Of a stretch of DNA of 64,000 bases, positions 60,369 to 64,000 are shown piece after piece. A program made the translations under genes and the position numbers. A model generated the notes under the pieces. It was not told the DNA's origin. It did no database searches and saw only the letters and a program-made list of their open reading frames with translations. The stretch covers positions 96,001-160,000 of the forward strand of contig JBFWMA010000004.1 in NCBI GenBank assembly GCA_050251875.1, given 5' to 3'. The stretch is from Deferribacterales bacterium (GTDB lineage Bacteria; Chrysiogenota; Deferribacteres; Deferribacterales; Geovibrionaceae). Within the stretch, counting starts at the first letter, position 1; each line of letters begins with the position of its first letter.

Positions 60369-61248
60369 GGTTATCATCAGAGCCGATTCATCACACAGCA
60401 TAGGCACAGGGCATATCATGCGCTGTATGGTGCTGGCGGAGCAGTTTGACAATGTGCTGTTCGCCGTCAGAGAGCTGGACGGCAGTATCAACATCAGAAT
60501 AAAATACCCGGTGCATATACTGAAAAGCGGCGATGCTGATGAGCTGGCAGAGCTGATAAAAGAGCATAAGGCAGAGACACTTGTCATCGATCATTACGGC
60601 ATAGGCTTTGATGACGAAAAGAGGATAAAGGAGCTGACGGGAGTCAGGCTTTTTTGTCTGGACGACACATATGAGAAGCATTTCTGCGATGTGCTCCTGA
60701 ACCACAACGTCTCGGCAGACGCCGAAAGATATCGGGGGCTGGTGCCGGAACACTGCGAACTGAGGTGCGGGGCGGAATACACCCTTCTGCGTCCGGAATT
60801 CCGCAGACAGAAGGAAGCCGGCAGACGATATGAAAAAAACAGGGTTTTTGTGGCGATGGGCGGGGCGGACACCGCAGGGCTGAACGAGAAGATATGTGGG
60901 GTACTCTCCCGTTTTTCTCTGGATATCAGCGTTATAACCACCACAGCTAACGCCGGGCTCGAATCGCTCAGAAAATATGCCGGGCAGAACAAAAATGTTG
61001 AGCTGTGCGTTAACGCCGAAAATGTGGCGGAGATAATGAACCGGAGCTGTTTCGGCGTCATTACCCCCAGCGTCACCGCGAACGAGGCTTATTATCTGGG
61101 TGTTCCCGTGATCGCCGTTAAGACGGCGGACAACCAGAAAGACATATATGAGTTTCTGAAAAAGCAGGGTTTCTGTGTCATGGAAGAGCTGGACACGGAA
61201 AAACTGATAAAATGTGTAAAAGACACAACAGACGGATGTGAAAAATGA
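60361..61248 (+). CDS. pseG: UDP-sugar hydrolase PseG
   Basis: RADSSHSIGTGHIMRC, IDHYG, MGGAD, ADNQ. Confidence 0.93.
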   Translation: MAKVIIRADSSHSIGTGHIMRCMVLAEQFDNVLFAVRELDGSINIRIKYPVHILKSGDADELAELIKEHKAETLVIDHYGIGFDDEKRIKELTGVRLFCLDDTYEKHFCDVLLNHNVSADAERYRGLVPEHCELRCGAEYTLLRPEFRRQKEAGRRYEKNRVFVAMGGADTAGLNEKICGVLSRFSLDISVITTTANAGLESLRKYAGQNKNVELCVNAENVAEIMNRSCFGVITPSVTANEAYYLGVPVIAVKTADNQKDIYEFLKKQGFCVMEELDTEKLIKCVKDTTDGCEK

Positions 61249-61895
61249 AATACGCTGTTCTGACATCGCCCGGTCAGTGGTTTATCCCGTATGCGGAAGA
61301 GCTGGCAAGCAGGATAGAGGGAGCTGATCTCTTCTTCGATCATAAAGAGATAGGCGTGGAATACGACACCGTGTTCATCCTAAGCTATCACAGGATCATA
61401 GGGCGTGAGTATCTGGACAGACACAGGCACAATATAGTCATCCACGGAAGCGACCTGCCCGCCGGAAAAGGCTGGGCGCCTGTCTTCTGGCAGGTGATAG
61501 AGGGCAGGAACGAAATAGTCTTCACCATGTTCGAGGCTTCTGACGGCGTGGACAACGGCGATGTCTATATGAAAGAAGTCATGAAACTCAGAGGCTCCGA
61601 GCTGAATGAGGAGATAAGGGATCTTCAGGCGAGAACCATCATAGACATGTGTCTGAGATTCTGCGCCGATTACGACAAATATAAAACTCCGGTGAAACAG
61701 AGCGGAGACGAGACTTTTTACCCGAAGAGAGGGGCGAAGGACGGCGAGCTGGACATAGACAAAACCATCAGAGAGCAGTTCAACCTGCTCAGGACGGTTC
61801 ATAACGAAGATTATCCGGCGTTCTTTTATATGGACGGCAAAAAATATATTTTAAAGATATTCAGAGAGGACAGCGATGAAGATAGGCAGCTTTGA
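61245..61895 (+). CDS. Sugar N-formyltransferase (PseJ-like)
   Basis: NIVIHGSDLPAGKGWAP and VDNGDV (N..H.S.LP..G..P / D.G motifs); QFNLLR...YPAFF. Confidence 0.85.
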   Translation: MKYAVLTSPGQWFIPYAEELASRIEGADLFFDHKEIGVEYDTVFILSYHRIIGREYLDRHRHNIVIHGSDLPAGKGWAPVFWQVIEGRNEIVFTMFEASDGVDNGDVYMKEVMKLRGSELNEEIRDLQARTIIDMCLRFCADYDKYKTPVKQSGDETFYPKRGAKDGELDIDKTIREQFNLLRTVHNEDYPAFFYMDGKKYILKIFREDSDEDRQL

Positions 61896-62901
61896 GATAG
61901 GCACAGGCAAAACGTTTATAATAGCCGAGCTGAGCGCCAATCACAACGGAAGCCTGCAAACCGCTCTGGATACCATTACGGCGGCTAAGGAAGTCGGGGC
62001 GGACGCTGTGAAGCTCCAGACATATACAGCAGACACTCTGACGCTGAACTGCGACAGGGACGATTTTGTCATAAAAGGCGGCACCCTGTGGGACAACAGA
62101 ACCATGTATAGCCTGTATCAGGAGGCGTATACCCCCTGGGAGTGGCACAGACAGCTTTTCGAGCACGCCAGAGGTCTGGGACTGGATATTTTCTCCACCC
62201 CTTTCGACAGGTCGGCGGTGGATTTTCTGGAACAGTTTAACCCCACAGCCTACAAGATAGCGTCTTTTGAGATAACAGATTATGAGCTTATCAGATACAT
62301 AGCGAAAAAAGGCAGACCTGTCATCATCTCCACGGGAATAGCTGAATTACAGGAGACAGAAGACGCCGTAAGTATCTGCCGAGAAGAGGGAAACAGAGAC
62401 ATCATCCTGCTTCAGTGCACCAGCGCCTATCCGGCGCCTCTGGAAGACGCCAACCTGCTGACTATTCCGGATATGGAGCGCAGATTCGGTGTTTTCGCCG
62501 GATTTTCCGACCACACCACAGGCATCACCGCTCCGGTGGCGGCAGTGGCTCTGGGAGCGAAGGTGATAGAGAAGCATTTCATTCTGGACAGGAGCATAGG
62601 CGGACCCGACAGCGGTTTTTCGCTGAACAGACAGGAGTTCGGGGAGATGGTTCAGGCTGTGAGAGATACGGAAAAGATGCTGGGCAGACCGGACTATTCT
62701 CTGACAGATAAGAAGAAAAAGAGCAGACAGTTCAGCCGCAGTCTCTATGCGGCAAAAGATATAAAAAAGGGCGAGACATTCACCGAAGAAAATATCAGAA
62801 GCGTCAGACCCGGATACGGCATGCACCCGAAATATCTGAAAGATATTCTGGGAAAGAGAGCAGAGCGGGATTACAGCTTCGGCGACAGATTTGAGTGGTA
62901 G
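61876..62901 (+). CDS. pseI: Pseudaminic acid synthase
   Basis: [35 protein letters not shown]-terminal SAF domain. Confidence 0.96.
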   Translation: MKIGSFEIGTGKTFIIAELSANHNGSLQTALDTITAAKEVGADAVKLQTYTADTLTLNCDRDDFVIKGGTLWDNRTMYSLYQEAYTPWEWHRQLFEHARGLGLDIFSTPFDRSAVDFLEQFNPTAYKIASFEITDYELIRYIAKKGRPVIISTGIAELQETEDAVSICREEGNRDIILLQCTSAYPAPLEDANLLTIPDMERRFGVFAGFSDHTTGITAPVAAVALGAKVIEKHFILDRSIGGPDSGFSLNRQEFGEMVQAVRDTEKMLGRPDYSLTDKKKKSRQFSRSLYAAKDIKKGETFTEENIRSVRPGYGMHPKYLKDILGKRAERDYSFGDRFEW

Positions 62902-63713
62902 GAGAGAAGAAATTGAAGATAGTCAGCTTTAACGTAAACAGCATCCGGACACGCCTGCACCAGCTCGAAAAACTGGTGGAGAAGCACAGTCCGGATATCA
63001 TAGCGCTTCAGGAGACCAAAGTTCAGGATCATGAGTTTCCTCTGGAAGAGATAGAGCGTCTTGGATATCACGCCGAATTCATGGGGCAGAAGACACATTA
63101 TGGTGTAGCCACTCTGTCTAAGATGAAGCCGAAGTCCGTGCAGAAGGGCTTTCCGGCGGACGGAGCGGATGCTCAGAAACGGATGCTCATGTGCGCATAT
63201 GATAATGTAACCGTAATCAACGGATACTTTCCTCAGGGCGAAAATCGGGCTCATGAGGTGAAATTCCCCGCAAAAGCAAAGTTTTATGCTGATATGCTGG
63301 AGTATCTGAAGAGAGATTTTGACAAAAATAACAATATCGCCGTGGTGGGCGATATGAATATAGCCCCCACAGATTTCGACATAGGCATAGGCGAGCAGAA
63401 CGCCAAACGCTGGCTGAAAGAGGGCAAAACAAGTTTTTTACCCGAAGAGCGGGAGTGGATGGGCAGATTTTTCGAATGGGGTCTCACAGATGTTTACAGA
63501 CATCTGCACCCTGAAAGCTCGGATTTCATGAGCTGGTTCGATTACCGCAGCAAAGGTTTCGAAGCCGACCCGAAAAGGGGTCTGCGGATAGATCTGATCC
63601 TCGCCACAGCACCTCTGGTGACAGCGTGCGCCGGATCGGGAATAGATTACGAGATCAGAGGCATGGAGAGACCATCCGACCATGCTCCCATATGGGCGGA
63701 GTTCAGTCTATAG
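62895..63713 (+). CDS. xth: Exodeoxyribonuclease III
   Basis: [37 protein letters not shown]. Confidence 0.96.
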   Translation: MVGEKKLKIVSFNVNSIRTRLHQLEKLVEKHSPDIIALQETKVQDHEFPLEEIERLGYHAEFMGQKTHYGVATLSKMKPKSVQKGFPADGADAQKRMLMCAYDNVTVINGYFPQGENRAHEVKFPAKAKFYADMLEYLKRDFDKNNNIAVVGDMNIAPTDFDIGIGEQNAKRWLKEGKTSFLPEEREWMGRFFEWGLTDVYRHLHPESSDFMSWFDYRSKGFEADPKRGLRIDLILATAPLVTACAGSGIDYEIRGMERPSDHAPIWAEFSL

Positions 63714-64000
63714 TCTGCGGCGTTTTGTTTTGGTATAGATGAAGTAAGCCGGAAAAACGATGTTGGACGCTATGAACAGCAGAACCCAGAGCACCAGCCC
63801 GCCGGCAACGAATTTTTTCAGCTGAACGGTGCTGTCCTCGCCCACGGTCACATGAACCCAGTAGGGTTTTATCTGTCTGTAGGGGGCGAATATATGCACG
63901 AATTTGGGCTTCTCCGGCACGGTAGCTTCTTTCAGCGCTATGGAAAAGATGTTGTCGCCCATCAGAGCGTATATTGAGTTGAAAACGGGTCTGTTTTTAT
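63708..64000 (-). CDS. C-terminal part of a hypothetical membrane-anchored protein (truncated by window edge)
   Basis: Frame open to the window edge; C-terminal hydrophobic helix and basic tail KTKRRRL. Confidence 0.6.
   Translation of the reverse strand, partial: KNRPVFNSIYALMGDNIFSIALKEATVPEKPKFVHIFAPYRQIKPYWVHVTVGEDSTVQLKKFVAGGLVLWVLLFIASNIVFPAYFIYTKTKRRRL

Noticed and set aside
59454..61266. 377-aa and 291-aa minus-strand ORFs
   Set aside because: Antisense shadows of pseC, pseF and pseG.

Overview
The window has two parts. (1) Bases 1-24,158 hold two AT-richer integrative islands in tandem at the 3' end of the tmRNA gene (ssrA, minus strand, 24,098-24,444). Island 1 is cut off by the left window edge. 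It encodes a Rep_trans-like initiator, an excisionase-type HTH protein, a GNAT toxin-antitoxin-like pair and a type III R-M system. Island 2 (about 15.5 kb) is complete and bounded by a 69-bp near-direct repeat of the ssrA 3' end. It encodes a tyrosine integrase, a stand-alone polymerase-like protein with family A DNA polymerase / T7 RNA polymerase motifs, an XRE regulator, a type I R-M operon with several intercalated accessory genes, an orphan AbiEi-like antitoxin and a small protein resembling an integrase arm-binding domain. Both islands carry a nearly identical 34-bp promoter before their methyltransferases. By manual scan they lack GATC and are strongly depleted of GATA/TATC. (2) Bases 24.1-64 kb are GC-richer core chromosome of a diderm flagellated bacterium (Deferribacterales-like by general impression, not verified): ssrA, a nucleotide-sugar dehydrogenase, smpB, ExeA, an EmrAB-TolC efflux operon, msrAB, a divergent type II secretion cluster with a CPBP protease, lepA-lepB, pyrH-frr-uppS-cdsA-dxr-rseP, a long flagellin, a pseudaminic acid pathway in which a formyltransferase replaces PseH, and xth. 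The best novelty candidate is island 2: a minimal integrase + PolA/T7-like polymerase element carrying defence cargo. All family assignments come from motif recognition by eye; no searches were run.
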